DNA of 64,000 bases from Bacteroidota bacterium (GCA_027622375.1 JAQCAB010000003.1:22797-86796), one strand, 5' to 3'; shown: positions 1-11,087, counted from the first letter of the stretch. The notes: a model not told the origin generated them from the sequence alone. Numbers and translations: made by a program.

Positions 1-310
1 TACCACGGGGAGTTAAATAAGCGATTATTGGCAATTTAAAAATTGAATCTGGATAAAAATATTTAACAATTGTGTTTTGACGTATTTCTTCCAATGATAT
101 TGAAATTGTTGAATTATTATTTAATGCTTTTATAATTTTTGGATAAATTTTACTAGAAGGATGCGCTGATGGATATTCAAGTGATGGCTGTTTATCTATA
201 GTCGGATGAAAATCTCTAAATGCAGTTGAATAAAAAATATAAATTCCGAGACTTAAGACTGTTAAAATAATTCCAATTAAAAATAATTTAGATGAGTTAT
301 ATTTTGCCAT
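1..310 (-). CDS. Partial membrane-anchored protein (3' end outside window), possibly DUF2318-like Fe-S family
   Basis: Not in the ORF track. Hand translation from ATG at 310 gives MAKYNSSKLFLIGIILTVLSLGIYIFY...LPIIAYLTPRG, open to the window edge, with one N-terminal TM helix. Family guess rests on recall of the LPxxAYxTPxG segment only. Confidence 0.55.
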   Translation of the reverse strand, partial: MAKYNSSKLFLIGIILTVLSLGIYIFYSTAFRDFHPTIDKQPSLEYPSAHPSSKIYPKIIKALNNNSTISISLEEIRQNTIVKYFYPDSIFKLPIIAYLTPRG

Positions 311-315
311 ATTAT

Positions 316-1038
316 TTATAAAAACGCTTCAAAGGAATTTACGCCTACAGGTTCTATAGAGTAAAAGGGTTCTCCAAAATCAACACCGATTATACTTCCA
401 AAATGTGTATCACGGCTTTTTATATATTCTAAAAATCTTTTGCTCGATAATAAAGTTTCACTTTCTTTACTTTTTGGATTGTAAAATTGCGATTCAAAAC
501 ATTTTATTGCATTCTCTTTTATTGAATAGTATTTACTTACATCAAAAATAAAAGTTGGCGTAAATTCATATTTTTGCATAAAATGATAAAATCTTTTTGG
601 TCGAAATGGAGATTGAATTTTTCCATTAAATTTAGTTTTTATTTTTTCAAGTCCAGAGTAAAACCAAGCTTCTCGACACAATTTATGAGCATGTTCATGA
701 TCTGGATGTCTTTCGAGCCAATGTGGAATTAAAAGTGTTTTAGGGCGGAATTTCCGAATTACAGTAATTAATTGATTTACATTTTTTTTATTTATTTCAA
801 TATTGCCATCCGGGATATTTAAATTTATTCTGGAATTTGTTTGTAAAACTTCGTGAGCTCTAATTGCTTCTTTTTTACGGATTGCTGCACTTCCTCGAGT
901 TCCTAATTCACCTTGCGTTAAATCCACAATAACCACTTTTTTACCGCTTCGTGTTAGATGTGCAACAGTTCCACCACAACTTAATTCAACATCATCAGGA
1001 TGAGCTCCGATTGCCATTACATCAATTTGAGTATTCAT
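316..1038 (-). CDS. bshB1: Bacillithiol biosynthesis deacetylase BshB1 (PIG-L family)
   Basis: GAHPDDVEL and RHPDH metal motifs, GELGTRG; bshC is also in this window. Confidence 0.9.
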   Translation of the reverse strand: MNTQIDVMAIGAHPDDVELSCGGTVAHLTRSGKKVVIVDLTQGELGTRGSAAIRKKEAIRAHEVLQTNSRINLNIPDGNIEINKKNVNQLITVIRKFRPKTLLIPHWLERHPDHEHAHKLCREAWFYSGLEKIKTKFNGKIQSPFRPKRFYHFMQKYEFTPTFIFDVSKYYSIKENAIKCFESQFYNPKSKESETLLSSKRFLEYIKSRDTHFGSIIGVDFGEPFYSIEPVGVNSFEAFL

Positions 1039-1078
1039 ATTTTTTTAGATTAATTTGGTGCTATATTTACAATTATTT

Positions 1079-2272
1079 ATGAATAATACAAGCTCGATTT
1101 TAACTGTAACTACATTAACAAAACAAATAAAATCTTTATTGGAAAATAATTTTTCTAATTTATTTGTTCAAGGAGAAGCTTCAAATGTAAAATATGCTGT
1201 ATCTGGACATCTTTATTTTACTTTAAAAGATGAAAATTCTCAAATCAGTTGTGTAATGTGGAAGGGAATAAATCAATTTGTTCCATTTACAATTACTGAA
1301 GGACTTAAATTAATTGTTCGTGGAAATGTTACTGTTTACGAATCTCGTGGAAATTATCAAATTGTTTGTTCACAAATTGAACCTTTAGGAATTGGGGAGT
1401 TTCAACTTGCATTTGAGCAATTAAAAAACAAATTGCTAAATGAAGGTCTTTTTGATTTAGAAAGAAAACGCAAACTTCCTAAATTTCCAAAATCAATTGG
1501 AATTGTAACATCACCACAAGGAGCAGTGCTTCATGATTTGATTACAAATATAAATCGTAGATTTCCAATTGTAGAAATAGTTTTTATTCCTGTAAATGTT
1601 CAAGGTAAAAATTCAGTTGAAGAAATTATTAACGCAATAAATTATTTTTCAAAAAATAAAATCACAGATTTAATTATTATTGCTCGTGGTGGTGGATCAA
1701 TAGAAGATTTATGGAGTTTTAATTCTGAAGAAGTTGCACGAGCAATTTTTAATTCTTCAATTCCAGTTGTCAGTGCAATCGGTCACGAAACTGATTTTAC
1801 AATTTCTGATTTTGTAGCCGATTTAAGAGCGCCAACTCCAAGCTCAGCAGCAGAACTTGTGGTTCCAAATAGAGAAGATATTATTGAGAGTCTTGTGAAT
1901 TCTCTTTATGTTGTGCAAAGTAATATTAAAAATAGATTTTCAGTTCATAAAGATTGGTTAAAATCTATTTCTGAAAGATATTGGATAAAATATCCAACTG
2001 AAATTATAAATCAGCATAGACAAACAATCGATTTTTATTTATCCAATATTGAAAATGTTGGACAAAATATATTTAAACAAGCAAAATTAAATTTGAAAAA
2101 TTTACAAACGAATCTTGAAATTTTAAACCCAACATCTGTTTTAAAAAGGGGATATTCAATCACAAAATTGAATGGGAAAATTATAAAACATTCAAATAAT
2201 GTTAAATCTAATGATGAAATTTCAACAACGCTTTCTGATGGGGAAATTATTTCAATTGTAAAGGATAATTGA
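1079..2272 (+). CDS. xseA: Exodeoxyribonuclease VII large subunit
   Basis: SGHLYFTLKD OB fold, ARGGGSIEDLWSFN, SAIGHETD, RAPTPS; ATG 1079 preferred over the track's GTG 1055. Confidence 0.96.
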   Translation: MNNTSSILTVTTLTKQIKSLLENNFSNLFVQGEASNVKYAVSGHLYFTLKDENSQISCVMWKGINQFVPFTITEGLKLIVRGNVTVYESRGNYQIVCSQIEPLGIGEFQLAFEQLKNKLLNEGLFDLERKRKLPKFPKSIGIVTSPQGAVLHDLITNINRRFPIVEIVFIPVNVQGKNSVEEIINAINYFSKNKITDLIIIARGGGSIEDLWSFNSEEVARAIFNSSIPVVSAIGHETDFTISDFVADLRAPTPSSAAELVVPNREDIIESLVNSLYVVQSNIKNRFSVHKDWLKSISERYWIKYPTEIINQHRQTIDFYLSNIENVGQNIFKQAKLNLKNLQTNLEILNPTSVLKRGYSITKLNGKIIKHSNNVKSNDEISTTLSDGEIISIVKDN

Positions 2273-2505
2273 TGGCTAAAAATAAAATCAAAAGTATTTC
2301 TTTTGAAGAATCTTCAAAAAAATTGGAAAGAATTGTTGAGCAACTTGAAAATGGAAATGTTGACTTAGACAAAGCAATTCAACTTTACGAAGATGGTATT
2401 GAACTTGTAAATTCAAGTATCGAAATTTTGAAAAGAGCTGAACTCAAAATCAAAACATTAAATATAAAATCAACAAATAAAAAAAGTAATCATAAAAATG
2501 AGTGA
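2272..2505 (+). CDS. xseB: Exodeoxyribonuclease VII small subunit
   Basis: SFEE..LE.IV.QLE.G..L..AI.LYEDG motif; follows xseA. Confidence 0.93.
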   Translation: MAKNKIKSISFEESSKKLERIVEQLENGNVDLDKAIQLYEDGIELVNSSIEILKRAELKIKTLNIKSTNKKSNHKNE

Positions 2506-4450
2506 TGTATTAAAAAAATCTACATATCTAAAAAATATAAACACCCCATCTGATTTACGAAAACTAAATGTAAATCAATTGCGGCAAGTTTGTACTGAAG
2601 TTCGTGAATATTTAATTGACGAAGTTTCTAAAACTGGTGGGCATTTAGGCGCCGGGCTTGGTTCTGTTGAAATTATTGTTGCACTTCATTATGTATTCGA
2701 AACTCCGATTGATAAATTACTTTTTGATGTTGGTCATCAAGCATATCCACATAAAATTTTAACCGGCAGAAAAGAATTGTTACACACAATTCGTCAATTT
2801 AAGGGTTTAAGTGGATTTTTACGACGCGAAGAAAGTGAGTATGATGTTTTCGGGGCTGGTCATGCAAGTACTGCAATAAGTGCGGCGCTTGGAATTGCTA
2901 CAGCACGTGATTTTAAAAATGATAATTTTAAAGTTGTTGCAATTGTTGGAGATGGTTCTTTAACTGGTGGGCTTTCGTATGAAGCGATGAATAATGCTGG
3001 TCTTCTCAAAAAAAATATGATTGTTGTTTTAAATGATAATAAAATGGTTTCGCTTTCTTCAGTAAAACCAAATCATTGGTCACTTCATAATTATTTTTCT
3101 GAAGTTTTTACTCATCCAACTTATAATAAATTTAAAGCAAATGTTTGGGAATTAACCGGGAAGCTTGATTCATTTGGAGATAGATTACGCGCTATTACAC
3201 ATAATGTTGAAAAAGGAATTAAAGCAATCGTCACCCCGGGAATGTTATTTGAAGCTTTCGGTTTTAGATATTTTGGACCTTTTAACGGACATAATGTTGT
3301 TAAGCTAGTTGAAACTCTTCAAAATATTAAAGATTTAAATGGTCCAATTTTGCTTCATTGCATTTCAGAAAAGGGAAAAGGATATGAACCTGCAGAAAAA
3401 GAAATAACAAGATTGCATGGAGTAACTCCTTTTGATAAAATTACAGGTATTTCTCCAAAACCATCAAACCCTACTAAAACATTTACAACAATATTTGGCG
3501 AATCGATGGTTGAATTGTGCAATCAGAATGAAAAAGTTGTTGCGATTACTGCAGCAATGAGTGACGGAACAGGTTTAACTATTTTACAAAAAAAGTTACC
3601 AGAAAAAGTTTTTGATGTTGGAATAGCTGAAGCTCACGCGGTGACTTTTGCAGCTGGTATTGCAATTGAAGAATATATTCCGGTGGTCGCAATTTATTCT
3701 ACATTTTTACAAAGAGCATACGATAATATTATTCATGATGTAGCTTTACAAGATTTGCATGTAATATTTATTTTGGATCGTGGCGGTTTAGTTGGTGCTG
3801 ATGGACCAACACATCATGGTGCATTTGATTTATCTTATTTAAGATGTATTCCTGGAATGACAATTATGGCTCCAAAAGATGAATCTGAATTACGAGACAT
3901 GCTTTATACTGCAATAAATTTTGTAAAAGGGCCAGTTGCAATTCGTTATCCACGTGGAAATGCATTTGGAGTTGAAATTAATCCCAATTTTAAAAAAGTG
4001 GAATTACATAAAAGTGAAACTTTAAAATATGGAACTGATCTTGCGATTCTCTCAATTGGAACAATTACACAAGAAGTTATAAAAGCTGCAAATATTTTAG
4101 AAAAAAATAATATTTCTGCAGAGATTATTAATATGCGTTTTGTTAAACCAATTGATTCTGAGAGATTAAAACAAATCTCACAAAAATTTAAATTTATTGT
4201 AACAGTTGAAGAAAATAGTATTTACGGTGGATTTGGATCTGCTGTAATTGAAGAATTATCAAAATTAAATTTAAATAATTCTCATGTACTTATGATTGGT
4301 TTAGAAGATTCTTTTGTTGAACATGGAAGTCCAAAGGAATTATATGAATTAACTGGACTCGATGCTGAAGCAATATCAAAACGAGTTATAAATTTCATAA
4401 AAATTCAAAAAGCTAACTCCTCAATTGAAGAAGTAGAACTTAATAAGTGA
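2498..4450 (+). CDS. dxs: 1-deoxy-D-xylulose-5-phosphate synthase
   Basis: GGHLG, DVGHQAYPHK, GDGSLTGG...NDN TPP motif, DRGGLVGADGPTHHG. Confidence 0.97.
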   Translation: MSDVLKKSTYLKNINTPSDLRKLNVNQLRQVCTEVREYLIDEVSKTGGHLGAGLGSVEIIVALHYVFETPIDKLLFDVGHQAYPHKILTGRKELLHTIRQFKGLSGFLRREESEYDVFGAGHASTAISAALGIATARDFKNDNFKVVAIVGDGSLTGGLSYEAMNNAGLLKKNMIVVLNDNKMVSLSSVKPNHWSLHNYFSEVFTHPTYNKFKANVWELTGKLDSFGDRLRAITHNVEKGIKAIVTPGMLFEAFGFRYFGPFNGHNVVKLVETLQNIKDLNGPILLHCISEKGKGYEPAEKEITRLHGVTPFDKITGISPKPSNPTKTFTTIFGESMVELCNQNEKVVAITAAMSDGTGLTILQKKLPEKVFDVGIAEAHAVTFAAGIAIEEYIPVVAIYSTFLQRAYDNIIHDVALQDLHVIFILDRGGLVGADGPTHHGAFDLSYLRCIPGMTIMAPKDESELRDMLYTAINFVKGPVAIRYPRGNAFGVEINPNFKKVELHKSETLKYGTDLAILSIGTITQEVIKAANILEKNNISAEIINMRFVKPIDSERLKQISQKFKFIVTVEENSIYGGFGSAVIEELSKLNLNNSHVLMIGLEDSFVEHGSPKELYELTGLDAEAISKRVINFIKIQKANSSIEEVELNK

Positions 4451-4992
4451 AAAAAATAATCAAAAATATTAGTTTGGTTGTTTTATTATTTATGATTTCA
4501 ATTTTTATTTTGGATTCATTAATCATGCCAAATTATGTTCAAAATAAAAAAATTGTTGAAGTCCCAAATGTTGTTGGCAACAAATTTGATGATGCAAAAA
4601 TATATCTTGAAAATTTAGGATTTAAAGTTCACAAATTAAGTGGTGGAATTAACTTAAAGTATTCCTCAAATTCAGTTTCTTCTCAAAATCCAATTGCTTT
4701 TAGAAAAGTAAAAGAAGGGCGTGATATTTATTTAACTATTGTTTCGTTAAGTAATGAAGTCAGAGTACCTCATTTAATCGGTAAAACAATGCGTGAAGCT
4801 ACTTTTTTACTTGAATCAATTGGTTTACAGCAAGTTGAAATCTTATACGATTTTGATCCAAGCATTCCAGAGGGAGCAGTAAAATCACAAACAATTGCAG
4901 TAGGTATATTTGTACCTGTAAATACTACAATTAATTTTACAGTAAACTCTTTGCCGCCAAATACTTTTCAAGAAGTGGATACTTTGGAATGA
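4447..4992 (+). CDS. PASTA domain-containing membrane protein
   Basis: N-terminal TM, two VPxxxG...SQ PASTA repeats. Confidence 0.85.
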   Translation: MKKIIKNISLVVLLFMISIFILDSLIMPNYVQNKKIVEVPNVVGNKFDDAKIYLENLGFKVHKLSGGINLKYSSNSVSSQNPIAFRKVKEGRDIYLTIVSLSNEVRVPHLIGKTMREATFLLESIGLQQVEILYDFDPSIPEGAVKSQTIAVGIFVPVNTTINFTVNSLPPNTFQEVDTLE

Positions 4993-5648
4993 ATCAAAAA
5001 ATTGTTGCACCCTCATTACTAAGTGCAGATTTCACAAACCTAAAAGAACAAATTAACAATTTGCAAATTGCTGGTTGCAAAATGTTCCATTGTGATATTA
5101 TGGATGGACATTTTGTTCCGAATATAAGTTTTGGCCCATCAATTGTTTCTCAAATTCATAAATGTACAACTTTACCACTTGATACACATTTAATGATAAG
5201 TGAACCTGAAAAATATATTCGCAGTTTTTCAAAGTCAGGTTCATCTATTATTACAGTTCATTATGAGGCTTGTCAAAATCTTGGTTCTGTTTTAGAATTA
5301 ATTAAGATAGAAAAGCTTAAAGTCGGAGTTTCAATTAAACCCAAAACTCATGTTTCTGTTTTAGAAAAATTTATAAATCAAATTGATTTAATTTTAATAA
5401 TGTCAGTTGAACCAGGTTTTGGTGGCCAAGAATTTATTCCTTCATCCTATAAAAAAATAGAGCAAGCTCGAGAACTTATTACAAAAAATAATTTTAATAC
5501 ACTTATTGAAGTTGATGGTGGTATAACTTTTGAAAATATTCAAAATGTATCTGATGCAGGAGCTGATATTTTTGTAGCTGGAAACACAATTTTTAAAAAA
5601 GCAGATTATGTTGAAGCATTTATAAACCTACAAAAATTAATTTCTTAA
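4989..5648 (+). CDS. rpe: Ribulose-phosphate 3-epimerase
   Basis: PSLLSADF, HCDIMDGHFVPN, MSVEPGFGGQ, EVDGG. Confidence 0.97.
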   Translation: MNQKIVAPSLLSADFTNLKEQINNLQIAGCKMFHCDIMDGHFVPNISFGPSIVSQIHKCTTLPLDTHLMISEPEKYIRSFSKSGSSIITVHYEACQNLGSVLELIKIEKLKVGVSIKPKTHVSVLEKFINQIDLILIMSVEPGFGGQEFIPSSYKKIEQARELITKNNFNTLIEVDGGITFENIQNVSDAGADIFVAGNTIFKKADYVEAFINLQKLIS

Positions 5649-5655
5649 AATATTA

Positions 5656-6564
5656 ATGGATAATTCCACAAAACTTCAAACCAAAGCTGAACTAATTTTG
5701 CTTTTGATGACTTTTATTTGGGGAAGTTCATTTGTAATAAGTAAAATATTATTAATTAATATCTCTTCAATTCTTTATTTAATAATAAGATGTTTAATTT
5801 CCATTTTCATATTATTTATAATTTTTAAAAAAGATATTATCCAAAATTTTAATCTAAAAAATATGCTTTGTGGTTTATTTTTAGGAATACCACTTGCAGT
5901 TGGTTTGATACTTCAAAACTATGGTTTGCAAATTACGACAGCTTCAAAATCAGCATATTTATCATCACTAATGGTTATTTTTGCGCCAATTTTTCAAATT
6001 ATAATATTAAAGAAAAGACCAAGTGTCGGTAATTTTGTTGGAATAGTAATAGTTTTAATTGGTATATATTTTCTCACAAATCCTGAAAGTTCGGAAATTA
6101 ATATAGGCGATCTGTTAAATATTATTGCAGCAATTTTATTTGGACTTTATACTGTGTTATTAGATAAATTCTCTAGAGAGATAAATACTTCAATTCTTTC
6201 TTTATTTCAAATTATGTGTACACTTTTAATTGGATTTTTATTTCTCCCATTTGAAAAAATAAAATTTGATATAAATGCAAATATTGTTTTTGGACTTTTA
6301 TATATGTCGATATTTGCAACTGTATTGACAATTTGGATTCAAACTAATTATCAAAAGTTTACAACTCCGACTAAAGCAGTAATAATATTTTCAATTGAAC
6401 CGGTTATTGCAACTATTTTTGCTTCATATATATTAAACGAATCATTTTCAACAATTGAAACTATTGGTGCAATTTGTATTTTGTTTGGTATTATGATTTC
6501 TGAATTATGGGAAACTATTTTTAATTATTTTAAATCATCGAATAAAATAATTGTTAATGATTAA
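5656..6564 (+). CDS. DMT/EamA family transporter
   Basis: IWGSSF start, about 10 hydrophobic helices in two EamA repeats. Confidence 0.88.
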   Translation: MDNSTKLQTKAELILLLMTFIWGSSFVISKILLINISSILYLIIRCLISIFILFIIFKKDIIQNFNLKNMLCGLFLGIPLAVGLILQNYGLQITTASKSAYLSSLMVIFAPIFQIIILKKRPSVGNFVGIVIVLIGIYFLTNPESSEINIGDLLNIIAAILFGLYTVLLDKFSREINTSILSLFQIMCTLLIGFLFLPFEKIKFDINANIVFGLLYMSIFATVLTIWIQTNYQKFTTPTKAVIIFSIEPVIATIFASYILNESFSTIETIGAICILFGIMISELWETIFNYFKSSNKIIVND

Positions 6565-6832
6565 AAAAGCTTGCATAACAATTTGTGGTAAAGTACAACG
6601 TGTTGGATTTCGTTGGTTTGTAAGTTATACTGCAAAAAATTACAATTTAAAAGGATTCGTAAAAAATACAAGTGATAAAAATGTTTACGTTGAAGTCGAA
6701 GGGGATGAAAATATTTTAAATGATTTTATAAAAGAAATAAAAAAGGGTCCACCACTATCTAAAGTTGAAAATGTGATTATTAATTACTTGTCAGCCAATT
6801 ATTTATTCATTGATTTTAGAATTCAAGAATGA
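6557..6832 (+). CDS. acyP: Acylphosphatase
   Basis: GKVQRVGFR, GFVKN, KGPP motifs. Confidence 0.9.
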   Translation: MIKKACITICGKVQRVGFRWFVSYTAKNYNLKGFVKNTSDKNVYVEVEGDENILNDFIKEIKKGPPLSKVENVIINYLSANYLFIDFRIQE

Positions 6833-7314
6833 AAACTACAAGATTTGGTTTTGGATATGATGTCCATCGATTAGCAAAAAACAGAAAACTAATTTTGGGT
6901 GGCGTCACTTTAAAATCTGAAAGGGGATTATTAGGGCATTCAGATGCTGATGTTTTATCTCATGCAATTGCTGATTCATTGCTTGGAGCGGCGGCTCTTG
7001 GAGATATTGGAAAACATTTCCCGGATACAGATAAAAAGTGGAAAAATATTTCAAGCTTAGTAATCTTAAAACAAGTTTATCTACTTATTAAAAAAGCGAA
7101 ATACAAAATTGTAAATATTGATTCAACAGTTGTTCTTGAAAAACCAAAAATCAGTCCGTATATAAATAAAATAAAAATAAATATTTCAAAATCGCTTTCT
7201 ATCCATATTTCAAAACTATCTATAAAGGCAACTACGAATGAAAAACTTGGGGATATTGGTAAACAAAAAGGTGCTGCAGCTTATGCAATTTCCTCAATTA
7301 CTAAAATAAAATAG
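6829..7314 (+). CDS. ispF: 2-C-methyl-D-erythritol 2,4-cyclodiphosphate synthase
   Basis: GYDVH, GHSDADV..HA..D, GDIGKHFPD, KATTNE. Confidence 0.96.
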   Translation: MKTTRFGFGYDVHRLAKNRKLILGGVTLKSERGLLGHSDADVLSHAIADSLLGAAALGDIGKHFPDTDKKWKNISSLVILKQVYLLIKKAKYKIVNIDSTVVLEKPKISPYINKIKINISKSLSIHISKLSIKATTNEKLGDIGKQKGAAAYAISSITKIK

Positions 7315-7315
7315 A

Positions 7316-7918
7316 ATGGAAGAGTTTTATAAATTATTTTTGGAGTTTGATGCAATATATATTTACATAATTCTTTTTAGTTTTGCTTTTATTGAAAATA
7401 TCGTGCCCCCACTTCCGAGTGATACCTTTATTGTTTTAGGAGGTACACTCATAAATTCAAATGGTTTACTTTTTTTTAGTTCACTAGTTTGTACTTCTCT
7501 TGGAAGTGTACTTGGATTCATGCTAATGTTTTATTTTGGATTTACGATTGCCGAAAAAATTAATGAAAATAAGTTTTTTAAATTTTTAACTCCTGAATCA
7601 ATTTCAAAAGTAAACAAACTTTTTGAAAAATGGGGATATGGTGTAATTGTTTTAAACAGATTTTTGCCTGGAACAAGAGCAGTTGTTTCTTTTTGCGCTG
7701 GTCTTGCAAAAATGAAATTTAAAATTGTCACAGCAATTTGCTTTGTAAGTTCTTTAGCGTGGAATTCGCTACTTTTATATGTTGGTAGCAATATTGGAAA
7801 TAATATTGAAACAATAAATTCATTTTTCAAAACATATTATCAAATGGCATGGATTATTTTGGGTTCATTAGTTTTAATAATTTTAATTCGATTTATTTAT
7901 CAAAAATTCGTTAAATGA
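7316..7918 (+). CDS. DedA family membrane protein
   Basis: FIENIVPPLPSD, RFLPGTR. Confidence 0.92.
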   Translation: MEEFYKLFLEFDAIYIYIILFSFAFIENIVPPLPSDTFIVLGGTLINSNGLLFFSSLVCTSLGSVLGFMLMFYFGFTIAEKINENKFFKFLTPESISKVNKLFEKWGYGVIVLNRFLPGTRAVVSFCAGLAKMKFKIVTAICFVSSLAWNSLLLYVGSNIGNNIETINSFFKTYYQMAWIILGSLVLIILIRFIYQKFVK

Positions 7919-8478
7919 ATTTTTTATACAATATAGATCTTTCAATATTTTATTTTGTACAAAATACTTTCTCCAATCCTTTTTTTGATTCCTTTTTTGT
8001 TGCAATAACTGATTATCATAAAATTTCATTTGTTCGAGTTCTTGTACTAATATTTTTTGGGATTTGTTTATTTAGAGGAGATGACAAGAAACGTTTATTT
8101 GTAATTTCTCTCATTTTGTCAATTATTTTGTGCGATCAATTTAATAGCTTTGTACTTAAAAATATTTTTCAGCGGATTAGACCATGTAATGAACTTGATG
8201 ATATTCGACTACTTGTAAATTGTGGAAGTGGATTTTCTTTTCCCTCTTCACATGCTATAAATAACTTTGCGTTTGCTTCTGTAACTGTCTTTTATTTTAA
8301 TAAGTTAAAGTGGATAATATATATTTTTGCTTTCCTTGTTGCATTTTCCAGAGTTTATGTTGGAGTTCATTATCCGTTTGATATTTTAGTTGGAGGTAGT
8401 TTGGGAATTATAATAGGTTACTACATAGCAAAGTACTCTCTTCAAATTTATAAGCATTATTTCCCTAAATATGAATAA
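7915..8478 (+). CDS. PAP2 family phosphatase
   Basis: K-x6-RP, SFPSSH, SRVYVGVHYP.D motifs. Confidence 0.92.
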   Translation: MNFLYNIDLSIFYFVQNTFSNPFFDSFFVAITDYHKISFVRVLVLIFFGICLFRGDDKKRLFVISLILSIILCDQFNSFVLKNIFQRIRPCNELDDIRLLVNCGSGFSFPSSHAINNFAFASVTVFYFNKLKWIIYIFAFLVAFSRVYVGVHYPFDILVGGSLGIIIGYYIAKYSLQIYKHYFPKYE

Positions 8479-10042
8479 ACGAGAATCGCTTTTATCGATA
8501 TTATCAGGTATTTTGTTTGGATTCTCTTTTCCTCCTTTTTCATTTACACTTATTCCAATATTTTCATTAGTTCCATATTTAGTTTTAATCTATTCTGTAA
8601 CTTCATTCTGGAAGACGTTAAAATTAACCTACCTCACATTTTTTATAGCATCATTAATCTCACTCTATTGGGCAGGTGGATTTACACACATGCGCGATCC
8701 ATATTTAATGATTGCTGGATTTTCACTTCTTTTATGGCAACCAGCATTTTATTTAATGCAAGCAATTATTTTTTATCAAATCCGTAAAAAATATTCCAAT
8801 CTATTTTCATTATTAATTTTTCCACTTATTTGGGTGATGTGCGAATGGCTTTATGCTTATGGAGAATTCGCATTTCCATGGCTTACAATTGGTAATTCAA
8901 TGACTTACCAACTTCATAAAATTCAGTTTGCAGATTTAACTGGAGTCTATGGAATTTCTTTATGGGTATTATTTTTAAATTCATTTATTGTTCTTAACTA
9001 CTTTAAATTTAAAGAACTTGAGCAATTTGGTTTAATTAAATTTATTGCATTAATATTTTTTGCAATTGGATTTTACTTTCTACCAGATTTTTATAATTCG
9101 GATTTTAAACAAAATCTTTCAAATGAAAAGAAAATCAAAATTGGTATTATTCAGCCAAATGTTGATTCATGGGAAAAATGGGATTATTCCATCTCTTCAA
9201 AGTGGGAATATGTTCAAAAATTATTTGAATCATCTAAACAACAGAAATTGAATAATGTTGATATTTCAGTTTGGCCAGAGACTGCAATTCCATTCGATTT
9301 GCCTTCATTTGAAGTCTATTTTAACCAACTTAAAAAAGAAATTAATGATATTGATTTATCAATAATAAGTGGATTTGCTGATGTAAAATATTATGAAAAA
9401 AATGCACCAATTACAGCAAGTACAATTAAAGATAAAATAAAATATGATTCATTTAATTCAATTTTATTTTTGCAACCAAATGAATTTGGATATCAATCTT
9501 ATGCGAAAATTAGATTAGTTCCTTTTGCCGAAAGAGTTCCGTATGCTGAATCAGTTCCATGGTTAATTGAACCATTAAGATGGGGTGTTGGAATTAGCAA
9601 TTGGGGAAAAGGAAATGATTCAACTATTTTTCTTCATAAAAAATCAAACACAAAATTTTTATCAATGATTTGCTACGAATCAATTTTTCCAGAATTTGTT
9701 GCCAGTTTTGTAAACAAAGGAGCTGAATTTTGTGTTTTTATCACGCAAGATAGTTGGTGGGGGAATACTTCGGGCGCAAGACAGCATCAACAATTTGCAG
9801 TTTTAAGAGCAATAGAAAATAGAAGATGGATTGTTAGATGTGCAAATGGTGGAATCTCTTGTTTCATTGATCCATTTGGAAACACTTATAACAAAACTGA
9901 AATGTATAAAACAGCATCAATCGAAAAAATAATTTATCCACAAACTTATAAAACTTTTTATACAGAGCATGGAGATTATATTGCTAAATTATCTTCAATT
10001 ATTTCTATATTGTTTTTCACATTTTCATTTTTCAAAAAATAA
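8471..10042 (+). CDS. lnt: Apolipoprotein N-acyltransferase
   Basis: QPN, VWPETA, K..LVPFAE, ICYES (E-K-C triad), LRAIENRR. Confidence 0.95.
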   Translation: MNKRESLLSILSGILFGFSFPPFSFTLIPIFSLVPYLVLIYSVTSFWKTLKLTYLTFFIASLISLYWAGGFTHMRDPYLMIAGFSLLLWQPAFYLMQAIIFYQIRKKYSNLFSLLIFPLIWVMCEWLYAYGEFAFPWLTIGNSMTYQLHKIQFADLTGVYGISLWVLFLNSFIVLNYFKFKELEQFGLIKFIALIFFAIGFYFLPDFYNSDFKQNLSNEKKIKIGIIQPNVDSWEKWDYSISSKWEYVQKLFESSKQQKLNNVDISVWPETAIPFDLPSFEVYFNQLKKEINDIDLSIISGFADVKYYEKNAPITASTIKDKIKYDSFNSILFLQPNEFGYQSYAKIRLVPFAERVPYAESVPWLIEPLRWGVGISNWGKGNDSTIFLHKKSNTKFLSMICYESIFPEFVASFVNKGAEFCVFITQDSWWGNTSGARQHQQFAVLRAIENRRWIVRCANGGISCFIDPFGNTYNKTEMYKTASIEKIIYPQTYKTFYTEHGDYIAKLSSIISILFFTFSFFKK

Positions 10043-10051
10043 AAATTAATT

Positions 10052-11077
10052 ATGCTAGATTTTAGGAGTGACACAGTTACAAAACCTTCGCAGGGAATGT
10101 TAGACGCAATGATGAATGCAAAAGTTGGAGATGATGTATTTGGTGAAGATCCAACAGTTAATGAATTTCAAAATTTATTAGCTGAACATTTTGGAATGGA
10201 AGCGGCTCTTTACATGCCAAGTGGTGCAATGAGTAATCAAATTGCAATTAAAGTACACACACAACCGGGTGACGAAATTATTGTTGAAGAAGATGCGCAC
10301 ATATTTAATTATGAAACAGCTGCACCTGCAATAATTTCAAACGTTCAAGTAAAAACTATAAAAGGAGTGAACGGTGTTTTGCCTTTAAATGAACTTCCAA
10401 AACATATCAGACCAAATATTTATTACATGCCACATACAAGATTAATTTGCATCGAAAATACTCACAACCGATGTGGTGGTACAATTTATCCTTTAAACGA
10501 AATTGTGAATCTTTACAATTTTTCACGAGATGAAAATATTATTTTTCATATTGATGGCGCTAGATTATGGAATGCGATGGTTGCTACAGGAATATCAGCT
10601 AAACAATACGCAGAAAATTGTGATAGCATAAGCGTTTGTTTCTCTAAAGGACTTGGTGCTCCAATTGGTTCAGCTTTGATTGGCAAAAAAGATTTTATTG
10701 CAAAAGCACGAAAGTGGAGGAAAATTTTGGGTGGTGGAATGCGTCAAGCTGGACTTATTGCTGCAGCAGCAATGTATGCTTTCAAAAATAATGTTGATCG
10801 ACTTAAAGAAGATCACAGCCGTGCACAATATTTTGCAAATTCAATTTCAAATTTATCAAAAGTTTCAGTTGATCTTGAAAGTGTTCAAACAAATATGGTT
10901 TTCATTAATGTTTCAAAAACCCTAATGAAAACCATTGACGTTGTTGCTCAATTAAAAATGCACAATTGTTTAGTTAGTGTTGGCAATTTTGATACCATTA
11001 GAGTTATTATGCATTTAGATATAACCGATCAAGATGTTGAAAAAGCAGTTAAAATATTTTATCAGTTATATTCATAA
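10052..11077 (+). CDS. ltaE: Low-specificity L-threonine aldolase
   Basis: DFRSDTVT, GDDVFGEDPT, ENTHN, HIDGAR, SKGLGAPIGS (PLP lysine). Confidence 0.93.
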   Translation: MLDFRSDTVTKPSQGMLDAMMNAKVGDDVFGEDPTVNEFQNLLAEHFGMEAALYMPSGAMSNQIAIKVHTQPGDEIIVEEDAHIFNYETAAPAIISNVQVKTIKGVNGVLPLNELPKHIRPNIYYMPHTRLICIENTHNRCGGTIYPLNEIVNLYNFSRDENIIFHIDGARLWNAMVATGISAKQYAENCDSISVCFSKGLGAPIGSALIGKKDFIAKARKWRKILGGGMRQAGLIAAAAMYAFKNNVDRLKEDHSRAQYFANSISNLSKVSVDLESVQTNMVFINVSKTLMKTIDVVAQLKMHNCLVSVGNFDTIRVIMHLDITDQDVEKAVKIFYQLYS

Positions 11078-11087
11078 CAAATAAAAA